DNA of 64,000 nt from Candidatus Latescibacterota bacterium (GTDB lineage: Bacteria; Latescibacterota; CBDEFO01): assembly GCA_965248755.1 (NCBI GenBank), contig OZ252149.1:2688001-2752000 (forward strand). Reading direction: 5' to 3'. The position numbers and the translations under genes were made by a program. This document shows positions 53,048-61,991 of the stretch, piece by piece. Within the stretch, counting starts at the first letter, position 1, and the number at the start of each line of letters is the position of its first letter. Under the pieces are notes generated by a model that was given only the letters and a program-made list of their open reading frames with translations, was not told the origin of the DNA and ran no database searches.

Positions 53048-54010
53048 ATGTTTAGATTTTTTGGGATAGTCATTGTGGTAGCATTATGTTTGGGGTATGG
53101 GTCTGGTCAGGTGTACGGTTTTTTAGATGCTGGGACACAGGCCAGGTCTATGGCGATGGGAGGTAGTTTTGTGGCGGTGGCAGACGATCAGGATGCGATT
53201 TTTTTGAATCCGTCGGGTCTTGATCAGATAGAAGGTAAGGTCGTTTCGTATACGAATGTGAGTTTACTTTTGACGGGGGTTGAGGGAGATGATTTGGGTC
53301 AGCACATACTGACTTACGTTCAGCCTCTTGGTGGTAGTGGGGGTACATTGGGTTTTGGGTATCAGCGGGTGGGGAGTGACAATTTTAATGAGAATGGATT
53401 TACGGCAAGTTGGGGGAAGGAGTTTGGCAGGGGTATTAGCCTTGGTTTGGGGTTGAGTTATTTGTGGTGGAGTGTTGGGGACATACCGCCTGATGAAGGT
53501 AGGGCTGATCCGTTGTCTGGGGAGAGCAGTGGTAATATGGGAGTAGATGTAGGGGGTTTATGGAGGAGTCCTTGGGATTTTAGTTTGGGGTTATTTTTGA
53601 AGGGCATAAATAAACCGGATATATCCTGGGGAGAGGGGGCAGTAACAAAGGAAGATGGCACTATAGAGGTACAGGATGGTGCAGGCAAGTTGCCGTTTGA
53701 CATACATTTTGGTGGTAGTTATCGTCTTGAGAGGGGTTTATTGAGTGTAGATTATGTAGTAATGGATGTAGGTGGGGAGGGAGATACCGACACGAGGTTA
53801 TTTTTTGGGGGTGAGGCAGAGTTGGTAGAGGGGTTTAGTCTGCGTGCGGGAGGCAATAGGATATTTGAGGAGGGGAGCAAGGGTGGAGGCAATGTGGGGT
53901 TGGGATATGAGTTTGCCAATGGGTTAGATTTTGATTATAGTTACAATATTCCTTTAGATGCGGTGGAGACTGAAGGCAGTCACCGATTCAGCTTCGGATA
54001 TAAATTCTAG
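53048..54010 (+). CDS. PorV/PorQ-like outer-membrane beta-barrel, copy 2
   Basis: Near-identical to 46397-47338. Confidence 0.8.
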   Translation: MFRFFGIVIVVALCLGYGSGQVYGFLDAGTQARSMAMGGSFVAVADDQDAIFLNPSGLDQIEGKVVSYTNVSLLLTGVEGDDLGQHILTYVQPLGGSGGTLGFGYQRVGSDNFNENGFTASWGKEFGRGISLGLGLSYLWWSVGDIPPDEGRADPLSGESSGNMGVDVGGLWRSPWDFSLGLFLKGINKPDISWGEGAVTKEDGTIEVQDGAGKLPFDIHFGGSYRLERGLLSVDYVVMDVGGEGDTDTRLFFGGEAELVEGFSLRAGGNRIFEEGSKGGGNVGLGYEFANGLDFDYSYNIPLDAVETEGSHRFSFGYKF

Positions 54011-54044
54011 TATCCTATCTAATAGGCACGGGATACAGATAGAT

Positions 54045-54078
54045 GCCCCCGGGGAATTGGAGTCCTCGGGGGTTTTTT
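54045..54078 (+). terminator. Rho-independent terminator
   Basis: GCCCCCGGGGA...TCCTCGGGGGT stem plus T run. Confidence 0.85.
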
Positions 54079-54156
54079 GCTTCCTCTCATTACTAGTTAC
54101 AGCGCCCTTTAAGTTCATTGTAAACTGTGACCGCATTTAAAGGGGAAATTTCAGCC

Positions 54157-54225
54157 TTGACAGGAGAAGAACATTGTATTATATTTAAGTAAATAATTAT
54201 TTATCCTATATAATAATTATTATAA
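54157..54225 (+). promoter_or_regulatory. arg operon promoter with tandem ARG-box-like palindromes
   Basis: TTGACA-17-TATATT; TAAATAATTATTTA and ATAATAATTATTAT palindromes upstream of argR. Confidence 0.7.
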
Positions 54226-54247
54226 ACGTAAAAGCTGGCGAGGCTAC

Positions 54248-54712
54248 ATGGGCGGCAAACACATCAGACAAAGACAGGTCATTGAACTTGTGCAGAAAGG
54301 GGAGATGAGGACGCAGGGGCAGATCGTGTCTGCGGTAAGGGAATGCGGCTGCAAGGTTAGTCAGTCCACACTTTCCAAAGATATAAAGGAGTTGGGATTA
54401 GTCAAGGTACCTACGGTAGATGGAAAATTTCGATACAGTCTACCGGAAGAGAGCACTCCTTTCCCCAAACGGCAAAAGATTTTGGAAAGAGAGATGATGG
54501 ACTCCCTTGTGGATTTCGACAATGCCAAGAATATGCTTGTTCTCAAGACCACCCCAGGAAATGCTTCAGGACTTGCGGCGGCCATAGATAAGATGGATTG
54601 GCATGAAGTTGTGGGAACACTTGCCGGCGACGATGTTATACTGATCATCTCCAAAACTGCGGATCAGACCCAGAGAATAATGGATCGAATACGTGAAATT
54701 ATCCACCGTTAG
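54248..54712 (+). CDS. argR: Arginine repressor
   Basis: SQSTLSKDIKEL, GTLAGDD. Confidence 0.95.
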   Translation: MGGKHIRQRQVIELVQKGEMRTQGQIVSAVRECGCKVSQSTLSKDIKELGLVKVPTVDGKFRYSLPEESTPFPKRQKILEREMMDSLVDFDNAKNMLVLKTTPGNASGLAAAIDKMDWHEVVGTLAGDDVILIISKTADQTQRIMDRIREIIHR

Positions 54713-54720
54713 AGGTAAAA

Positions 54721-55779
54721 ATGATTAGGTTAGGAATTGTCGGGGCGACAGGATATACAGGGGTAGAACTCTTCAAAATAACCTCCAGACACCCTGAAGC
54801 AGAAGTTGTATTTGTAGCATCTTCAGAAGAGACCTCGGGGAACTTGCTGTCGGAGGTATATCCGGGCGTAAAGGGATCCATCGAAATGGAACTTCTGTCT
54901 TTAGAAGATGCCCTCAGAAGGGATGTGGACGTAGTTTTTCTATGTCTTCCGGCGGGTAAATCTATGTCCGCTGCTCCGTCGTTCTTGGACTCTGGCGTCA
55001 AGGTAGTGGATATCGGAACTGACTTCAGGATGAGGACGCCCGAAGGACACTTGCGATGGTACGATTTCGACCATACCGCACCCCATCTGCTGCCCAAGAC
55101 GATCTGGGGACTGCCAGAGATAAATCGAGAAGCTATCCGGGGGGCCTCGTTAGTGTCGAACCCCGGCTGTTATCCGACTGCAGCACTTCTGGCTTTGGCT
55201 CCCCTTCTGGAAAGAGACCTGATCTGTACAGAGGGCATAATCATAGACTCCAAGTCCGGAATCTCCGGTGCAGGCAGGAAGCTCTCCTTAAGGACGCACT
55301 TTATCGAAGTCAACGAGAACGTAGCTCCCTACAATATCGGGCGCTCTCACAGACACACCGGAGAGATCGAGCAGGAGTTAAGCAAAATAGCAGGAAAAGA
55401 ATGCAAAGTTGTCTTCACTCCTCAGACGGTTCCTATGGACAGGGGGATCCTGTCAAATGTCTATGTGAGACTTAAAGAGGATATATCGACCCAGGATGCA
55501 ACGCAAATATATAAGGAAAGATATGCGGACGAGCCGTTCATAAGGATTGCAGAGGATTACCTGCCGCAGACCAAGTTCACGTCTTACACCAACTATTGTG
55601 ATATAACTGTCCATAAAGTTGAGGAGACCCACGTGCTGCTCATAATCTCCGCTTTGGATAACCTGATAAAGGGAGCGGCTGGACAAGCTGTGCAGAACAT
55701 GAACATAATGTTCGACACAGAAGAAACTTTAGGATTGTTTGAAAGTTCTCCACTTGCAGCATCTGAGGTCCCAGGATAG
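54721..55779 (+). CDS. argC: N-acetyl-gamma-glutamyl-phosphate reductase
   Basis: GATGYTG, NPGCYPT, DNLIKGAAGQAVQN. Confidence 0.97.
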   Translation: MIRLGIVGATGYTGVELFKITSRHPEAEVVFVASSEETSGNLLSEVYPGVKGSIEMELLSLEDALRRDVDVVFLCLPAGKSMSAAPSFLDSGVKVVDIGTDFRMRTPEGHLRWYDFDHTAPHLLPKTIWGLPEINREAIRGASLVSNPGCYPTAALLALAPLLERDLICTEGIIIDSKSGISGAGRKLSLRTHFIEVNENVAPYNIGRSHRHTGEIEQELSKIAGKECKVVFTPQTVPMDRGILSNVYVRLKEDISTQDATQIYKERYADEPFIRIAEDYLPQTKFTSYTNYCDITVHKVEETHVLLIISALDNLIKGAAGQAVQNMNIMFDTEETLGLFESSPLAASEVPG

Positions 55780-56672
55780 TGATCGAAGGACTGATAAAAA
55801 AAGCAGATGTACTTATTGAAGCACTGCCCTATATCCGGGCGTTCAGAGACAAGATCGTAGTCATCAAATATGGAGGCAGTGTTGTAACTTCCGAGGGAGA
55901 GGTGGACACTGTCCTTGAAGATGTAGTCTTTATGGAGACTGTGGGGATGAAGCCCGTAATCGTACACGGGGGCTCTAAGGCCATAAGCCGCAGGATGGTT
56001 GAAGCTGGCATTGAACCCAGGTTCGTAAACGGTCTGCGAGTGACAGACAAAGCGACAATGCAGATAGCCGAAAGGACGCTCTTTGAGGAGGTAAATAGCC
56101 AGATCGTAAACTCAATAGAGGAGATTGGAGGGCGCGCCATGGGCATATCGGCAAAAGCTGAGGGTATACTGAAAGTGAGGAAATACCTTGCGCCCCTTAA
56201 GGATAGGGATTCGGGAGAAGTCAAAATGGTGGATATCGGCTATGTGGGTTATGTGGAGTCGGTGGACCCTGAGCCTATAAAGTCCCTATGTGAGCAAGGT
56301 GTGGTCCCGGTGATCGCTCCCATAGGTTTGGGTCCGGGTGGGAAGAGTTACAACGTAAATGCTGACACTGCAGCAGGGCAGATTGCGGTTGCTTTGAAGG
56401 CTGAAAAGCTGCTCTTTTTGACAGACGTAATGGGAATTATGAGGGACTCCGACGATGACGGGTCTCTCCTTTCGACCCTGCATGCAGATGCTGTAGATGA
56501 GTTAATAGAAAAGGGCGTTATAAGCGGTGGAATGCTGCCCAAGATAGAATCGTGCCTAAAAGCGGTAAAATCGGGCACGGGCAAGACCCACATAATTGAT
56601 GGCAGAGTGGCTCACTCTCTGCTTTTGGAGATATTTACCGATAGGGGGATAGGGACACAGATTATCGGGTAG
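55779..56672 (+). CDS. argB: Acetylglutamate kinase
   Basis: EALPYI, IKYGG, VHGG, NVNAD, GGMLPK. Confidence 0.97.
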   Translation: MIEGLIKKADVLIEALPYIRAFRDKIVVIKYGGSVVTSEGEVDTVLEDVVFMETVGMKPVIVHGGSKAISRRMVEAGIEPRFVNGLRVTDKATMQIAERTLFEEVNSQIVNSIEEIGGRAMGISAKAEGILKVRKYLAPLKDRDSGEVKMVDIGYVGYVESVDPEPIKSLCEQGVVPVIAPIGLGPGGKSYNVNADTAAGQIAVALKAEKLLFLTDVMGIMRDSDDDGSLLSTLHADAVDELIEKGVISGGMLPKIESCLKAVKSGTGKTHIIDGRVAHSLLLEIFTDRGIGTQIIG

Positions 56673-56825
56673 GTGACATTGCGAAGCCTCTTTCTCCAAC
56701 AGGATAGTTTAAGATCTCTGTCCTGCTGCCAGCCACGTTATCAACGGACTTTCTAGTACAGCGCCAAACTTGGTGGGTCAGACAATCCTCTCTCAAGCAA
56801 ACTCAACTGTAAAAAGGAAAACGAT

Positions 56826-58046
56826 ATGCAGACTCTAAAGGCAGAAGAGATTGTAGAACTGGACAGCAAATACATAGTCCAGACCTACGGACGTCCGCCC
56901 TTCGTGCTGGAACGAGGAAACGGGGTCCATCTTTTTGACACCGACGGAGTTCGCTATTTGGACTTTATGAGCGGACTTTCGGTGAATGCGTTCGGGTACG
57001 GAGACTTCGATATCACAGAGGTGATAAAAGAGCAGTCGGCCAAGCTGATACACTGTTGTAATCTCTATCACAGCGTGCACGGTCCGATTCTGGCTCGTAT
57101 GCTGGTCGATAACTCCTTTGCAGATAGAGTCTTTTACTGCAATAGCGGCACTGAGTCCATAGAGGCGTCTCTCAAGTTCGCAAGGAGATGGGGTCACGAA
57201 AACTTCGATAAGCCCAAATACCGCATAATGTCCTTCGAGAACTCTTTCCACGGCAGAACCTACGGTGGATTGACCGCTACGGGGCAGTTCAGATATCACA
57301 AGGGTTTCGATCCCCTGTTGCCTGGAATTGACTTTGCCAGGCTTAACGATCTAGGCTCTGTGGAGGAGAAGGTTTCAGATGAGACGTGTGCTATCCTGAT
57401 CGAGCCTATCCTTCAAATCGAAGGAGGTTTACACAAATCCTCACAGGAGTTTATAGAGGGCCTGAGAAAAATCTGTGATGATAACGATATGTTGTTAATA
57501 TTCGACGAAGTTCAGTCCGGGCTCGCAAGGACGGGGTTGCTCTTCGGATATGAGCACTACGGGGTCGAACCCGATATTATGACCTTAGCCAAGCCCCTGG
57601 CAGGTGGACTGCCTATGGGGGCAACTCTTGTAAGAGAGAAGGTCGCCAAGCACATACATCCTGGAGATCACGCCGCCACCTTCGGAGGAAATCCACTAGT
57701 CTCTGCTGTGGCGATTCGGGTCTTTAGGAAGCTTACCTCTGAGGGCTTTTTAGACTCAGTCAGACAAAAAGGGGAATATCTGCACACGAGATTAAATAGG
57801 CTCAAGGACAAGTGGCCCCAAATGATAAAGGAGATAAGGGGAATAGGACTCATCGCCGGAGCCGTGACAGAATGTGAAGCCAAGCTCATAGCAGATGCCT
57901 TCCAGAAGAGAAATATTCTGCTCTGCACAGCTGGCCCAGATGTGGTAAGATTCCTTCCGCCTCTTGTTGTAGAAAAGGAACATATAGGCGAAGCTGTGGA
58001 TGTCTTCGATGAGATTCTGACGCAGGGCGTGGAAAAAGAACAGTAG
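56826..58046 (+). CDS. argD: Acetylornithine aminotransferase
   Basis: NSGTE, FHGRT, DEVQSG, LAKPLAGG; arg context. Confidence 0.93.
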   Translation: MQTLKAEEIVELDSKYIVQTYGRPPFVLERGNGVHLFDTDGVRYLDFMSGLSVNAFGYGDFDITEVIKEQSAKLIHCCNLYHSVHGPILARMLVDNSFADRVFYCNSGTESIEASLKFARRWGHENFDKPKYRIMSFENSFHGRTYGGLTATGQFRYHKGFDPLLPGIDFARLNDLGSVEEKVSDETCAILIEPILQIEGGLHKSSQEFIEGLRKICDDNDMLLIFDEVQSGLARTGLLFGYEHYGVEPDIMTLAKPLAGGLPMGATLVREKVAKHIHPGDHAATFGGNPLVSAVAIRVFRKLTSEGFLDSVRQKGEYLHTRLNRLKDKWPQMIKEIRGIGLIAGAVTECEAKLIADAFQKRNILLCTAGPDVVRFLPPLVVEKEHIGEAVDVFDEILTQGVEKEQ

Positions 58047-58065
58047 AGAGCAAAGAGTAGACAGG

Positions 58066-58168
58066 GAGATTGCTTCGGGGTTTCACCCCTCGCAATGACG
58101 TTGCTTGACTTTTGTCTTCAGCCATTGCGACCCCCGATTGAATCTATCGGGGGCAGCGAAGCAATCTC
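58066..58168. repeat. Pair of GTCATTGCGAG/GAAGCAATCTC repeats; second contains the micro-element (58131-58153)
   Basis: GAGATTGCTTC...CTCGCAATGAC and GCCATTGCGA[...]GAAGCAATCTC. Confidence 0.8.
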
Positions 58169-58217
58169 GCAAACAGGAAGAACTTGCATAGTGGAGAACT
58201 TTTTGAGGGGAAAAAAG

Positions 58218-59513
58218 ATGTCTGAAAAGGTAGTATTGGCCTATTCTGGAGGGCTCGATACGTCTGTATCGGTAAAGTGGTTACAGGATAAATACGATAT
58301 GGACGTGATAACTCTGACGGTTGATATGGGTCAAAAGATAGACCTGAACGCAGCAAGGGATAGGGCGTTAGCCGTGGGCGCGATCAAAGCTGTCATAGCA
58401 GATGCTAAGAAGATGTTCACAGAGTATTTTGTGTTCCCTGCGCTTCAGGCTGGAGCCATATATGAGGGAGAATATCCATTAGCGACAGCTCTCGGCAGGC
58501 CTCTAATAGCCAAGCTTCTGGTGGATGTAGCAAAAGAGGAGGGAGCCTCAGCTGTGGCTCACGGCTCCACAGGCAAGGGGAACGACCAAGTGAGATTTGA
58601 CGTATCGGTGAACACGCTCGCACCCGATCTCAGGATCATAGCTCCAGTCAGGGAGTGGAAGATGACCAGGGATGAGGAGATAAAGTACGCCAAGGAACAT
58701 AATATTGCTGTCCCTGTGACAGGCGAGAGCTCCTACAGCACTGACGAGAATCTCTGGGGGAGGAGCATCGAAGCCGGAGTTTTGGAAGACCCGTGGGTAG
58801 AGCCTCCGAAAGACGTCTATAAGTGGACCAAGGACGCCCACGAAGCTCCTGATGCTCCTATCTATATCCAGATCGCATTTGAAAGGGGTATACCTGTCTC
58901 CCTGGACGGAGAGAAGAAGAACGGTGTAGACCTAATATCCAGATTGAACCGATTAGCAGGGGAGCATGGAGTGGGAAGGATAGATCATCTGGAGAACAGA
59001 CTTGTGGGGATAAAGTCGAGAGAGATCTACGAGGCTCCTGCCGCTGTGGTTCTCCACAGGGCGCATAGGGCCTTAGAGGATATGACGCTCTCAAAGGACG
59101 CAGCACGCTTTAAAGAATTCGTTTCGAAGGAATATTCAGATTTGATCTACAACGGTCTGTGGTTCTCCGCCCTGCACCAGGACTTGAGAGCATTTGTGGT
59201 GAGCAATCAAAGATATGTGACTGGGGCTGTCAAGTTAAAGCTCTTCAAGGGAAACGTGCAGGTGGTTGGCAGAGAATCCCCGATGTCGCTCTACAGCAGG
59301 TCCCTTGCGACCTACGATACGGGGGACATTTACGATCATGACGCCGCTGTAGGCTTCATCAAGGTGCATGGTCTTTCCCAGGTCACGCAGGCTCAGATTC
59401 AACTCTTGAGTCAGCCATCACCTCCCGGGGAACTTCCATCTATCACGCCGCCTGAGATTGAGAAAGAAGCTTTCGACGCCACAGATCAGGAGAACCAGAT
59501 AGGTAGAAAGTAG
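58218..59513 (+). CDS. argG: Argininosuccinate synthase
   Basis: LAYSGGLDTS, GSTGKGNDQVRF, ENRLVGIKSRE. Confidence 0.97.
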   Translation: MSEKVVLAYSGGLDTSVSVKWLQDKYDMDVITLTVDMGQKIDLNAARDRALAVGAIKAVIADAKKMFTEYFVFPALQAGAIYEGEYPLATALGRPLIAKLLVDVAKEEGASAVAHGSTGKGNDQVRFDVSVNTLAPDLRIIAPVREWKMTRDEEIKYAKEHNIAVPVTGESSYSTDENLWGRSIEAGVLEDPWVEPPKDVYKWTKDAHEAPDAPIYIQIAFERGIPVSLDGEKKNGVDLISRLNRLAGEHGVGRIDHLENRLVGIKSREIYEAPAAVVLHRAHRALEDMTLSKDAARFKEFVSKEYSDLIYNGLWFSALHQDLRAFVVSNQRYVTGAVKLKLFKGNVQVVGRESPMSLYSRSLATYDTGDIYDHDAAVGFIKVHGLSQVTQAQIQLLSQPSPPGELPSITPPEIEKEAFDATDQENQIGRK

Positions 59514-59561
59514 CCCCCGATTCCCGATCCCCAATTGATGCTATTGGGGACTCAATCGGGG
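59514..59561. repeat. Nested micro-element copies forming a long hairpin (probable terminator between convergent genes)
   Basis: CCCCCGATT CCCGAT [CCCCAATTGATGCTATTGGGG] ACTCAATCGGGG. Confidence 0.7.
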
Positions 59562-59772
59562 ATTAGATATGGCGTAGACAGGGGCAGCGCCTCCCATCCC
59601 TCCTTGCCGTCAACTATTTGATCCCTATAATCTTGTCCAGATTTGAACGAGGAGCTTTGCCTCATCTCTTTCTACGTTGACCTCATAACTTTTTTTGACT
59701 TGTGATCCGGGCCTGCTGATAGATTGTCCGTCTGTGAGCTGCAGTCGCATGAGATTTTTGACCAAGCGCTTG

Positions 59773-60219
59773 TCAGTTATTCAGGAGTCTTTCTTTATCG
59801 AATATCATCTCCTGTCTGTTCAAGCCTATAGGAGGTCTCTTATTCGTCATCACGATAGCTTCCTCGGGACACGCCTCGATGCAGTATCCGCAGAAGATGC
59901 ACCTGAGCATATCTATTTCAAACTTTGATGGATATTTTTCTCTATCCTCCCAGGGAGCGGGCTCAGCTTCTATAGTTATACAGTGAGCGGGACACGCCGT
60001 AGCGCACATATAGCACGCCACGCACTTTTCCCTTCCTTGCTCATCCCTTGTAAGTTTATGAATGCCCCTGAAGCGTGGAGACGGTGTAAGCACCTCCTCG
60101 GGGTACTGCAGAGTGAACTTTCTACCCAGAAGATGCTTGAAGGTCAAGGTCAGACCCTTTAGTATCGTCGGAAGATATAGCCTGTCCCACAGGCTCATCG
60201 TGTAGCTCTTTCTCATCAT
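59773..60219 (-). CDS. nuoI: NADH-quinone oxidoreductase subunit I-like 2x[4Fe-4S] protein
   Basis: TLQYPE, CVACYMCATACP, RCIFCGYCIEACP. Confidence 0.9.
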   Translation of the reverse strand: MMRKSYTMSLWDRLYLPTILKGLTLTFKHLLGRKFTLQYPEEVLTPSPRFRGIHKLTRDEQGREKCVACYMCATACPAHCITIEAEPAPWEDREKYPSKFEIDMLRCIFCGYCIEACPEEAIVMTNKRPPIGLNRQEMIFDKERLLNN

Positions 60220-61825
60220 CTATCTCCTCGTCTTGATAAGGTGACATGTTGAAAGCATAAGATCTTCCAGTGTATCGCGAAGTCTTGGTTTGCCTTATCA
60301 CATTTACCTTTACCTCACCGGAATACGTCATCTCAGAGCGGATCTTCCCTGCGATCTCCGAGGCTAGGGTCCAGGTCTGTTGATCATCTATTTTCTTCGG
60401 GGTAACCAGGACTCTTATTTCACGACCGGCGTTTATGGCGTAAGCGTCTCGAACTCCGGGGAATGTACGTGCTAACGCCTCTAAATCCTTTATCCTTTTT
60501 ATGTATTTTTCGGGATCTTCCATGCGTGCTCCCGGCCTTGCCGCAGAAATAGCGTCCGCTGCAGCGATCAAAAACGCTATGGGAGAGGGGGAATCTACGC
60601 TCGCCTCTTCGTGGTGATACACTATAGCGTCCTGCACCTCTTTTGGCTCACCGTACCTCTTAGCTAGTGAGAGACCTATCTCCACGTGCGTCCCCTCCAT
60701 CTCGTGATCGACAGACTTGCCTATGTCGTGAAAGAGCCCAGCTCTTCTGGCTATGTTGCCGTCTAAACCCAACTCTGAGGCCATGACCCCTGCCAGCAGA
60801 GCCGCCTCTTTGGAGTGTTCAAGGACGCTCTGACCGTAACTCGTCCTGAATTTCAACTTCCCCAAGAGGCTCACTATCTCAGGATGAACGTCTTTAATAT
60901 TCAATTCCTCAAGTACTTTTGTGCCTTCATCAACGACTATCTTTCTCACATCTTCTGACGCACTTTTGACCACATCACCAACCCTTTTGGGATTTATCTT
61001 CCCCTCGACTACCAGCCTCTCCATAGCGATTTTTGCCGTCTCTCGCTTGATCGAATCGAACGAGGACAAAACTATTGCCTCAGGCGTGTCGTTCACGATG
61101 ACCTTGACTCCTGTGGCAGTCTCAAAGGCTCGTATGTTCCTCCCCTCTCTCCCTACGATTCTCCCCTTTATTCTATCGCTTGGCAAAGAGACTACAGATA
61201 CACTCAATTGAGTTGCTTGCTCGGAGGCGCATCGCTCTATAGCCAGCGCTATTATCTTTCTTGCCTCCCTCTCGGCTCTATCGTGGGCCCTTCCCACTAT
61301 TTCCCTCTCGACTTCCGTACCCTGAAGTTCCGCTTTGCTTTTCAACTCCTCTAAAAGTGCCCTTTTTGCCTCTTCCATGCTCAACATGGATGTCTTTTCT
61401 AACTTAAGCTCGTACTCAAACATCGCCTTAGAGAGTTGCTCGCCCTTTTCCTCTATATCCGCTTCTTTGGATTTATATTCTTCCATCTTACTTTTGAGGT
61501 CACTTTCCTTCTTGCCCAACAGAGTGGATTTCTCATCTAAGGCCCCCTCTTTTTCTATCAGCGCACTTTCGGTGCTGGTCAACTCTAATCTTTTTGCCTC
61601 GATATTCTCTTCAAGTTCGGTTCTTTCTTTGTACCACTCTTTCTTCTCCTCTAAGAACTGAGATCTCCTTTTTCTGTCCACCTCTTCGATCAACTTAGTG
61701 GCATTTCTTTGAGCAGCTCTTTCAGTTTTGTTCAGTGCCTTGGCTTTGGTCTTTGCGCACAGGATCCAACCTGCAAAGAAGAATAGAAGGGCCCCGGCGA
61801 AGGCACCTACAAGTCCCAGCAACAT
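60122..61825 (-). CDS. rny: Ribonuclease Y
   Basis: N-terminal TM, coiled coil, KGRIVGREGRNIR (KH), HDIGK (HD), ADAISAARPGAR. Confidence 0.95.
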   Translation of the reverse strand: MLLGLVGAFAGALLFFFAGWILCAKTKAKALNKTERAAQRNATKLIEEVDRKRRSQFLEEKKEWYKERTELEENIEAKRLELTSTESALIEKEGALDEKSTLLGKKESDLKSKMEEYKSKEADIEEKGEQLSKAMFEYELKLEKTSMLSMEEAKRALLEELKSKAELQGTEVEREIVGRAHDRAEREARKIIALAIERCASEQATQLSVSVVSLPSDRIKGRIVGREGRNIRAFETATGVKVIVNDTPEAIVLSSFDSIKRETAKIAMERLVVEGKINPKRVGDVVKSASEDVRKIVVDEGTKVLEELNIKDVHPEIVSLLGKLKFRTSYGQSVLEHSKEAALLAGVMASELGLDGNIARRAGLFHDIGKSVDHEMEGTHVEIGLSLAKRYGEPKEVQDAIVYHHEEASVDSPSPIAFLIAAADAISAARPGARMEDPEKYIKRIKDLEALARTFPGVRDAYAINAGREIRVLVTPKKIDDQQTWTLASEIAGKIRSEMTYSGEVKVNVIRQTKTSRYTGRSYAFNMSPYQDEEIDDEKELHDEPVGQAISSDDTKGSDLDLQASSG

Positions 61826-61991
61826 AGGAATCTCCCGCGTTTCATATTCTGTACACCCAAAAGTCTATTTTTAAAAAAGTTTCTCCCCAAAAGAGTTCCT
61901 TCGATTCTTTTTCGAGTTCATCTTCCAGCTAGTGGGTGTTCCACTTAAATGTCTTTTGGAGATAACAACTGATACCTCTAAACGAAGTACC

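Noticed and set aside
46454..54010. PorV pair as DGR template and variable region
   Set aside because: Differences are not adenine-specific and both copies are full ORFs.
54248..59513. arg cluster lacking argJ/argF/argH
   Set aside because: Split arg operons are common; the missing genes may lie elsewhere.
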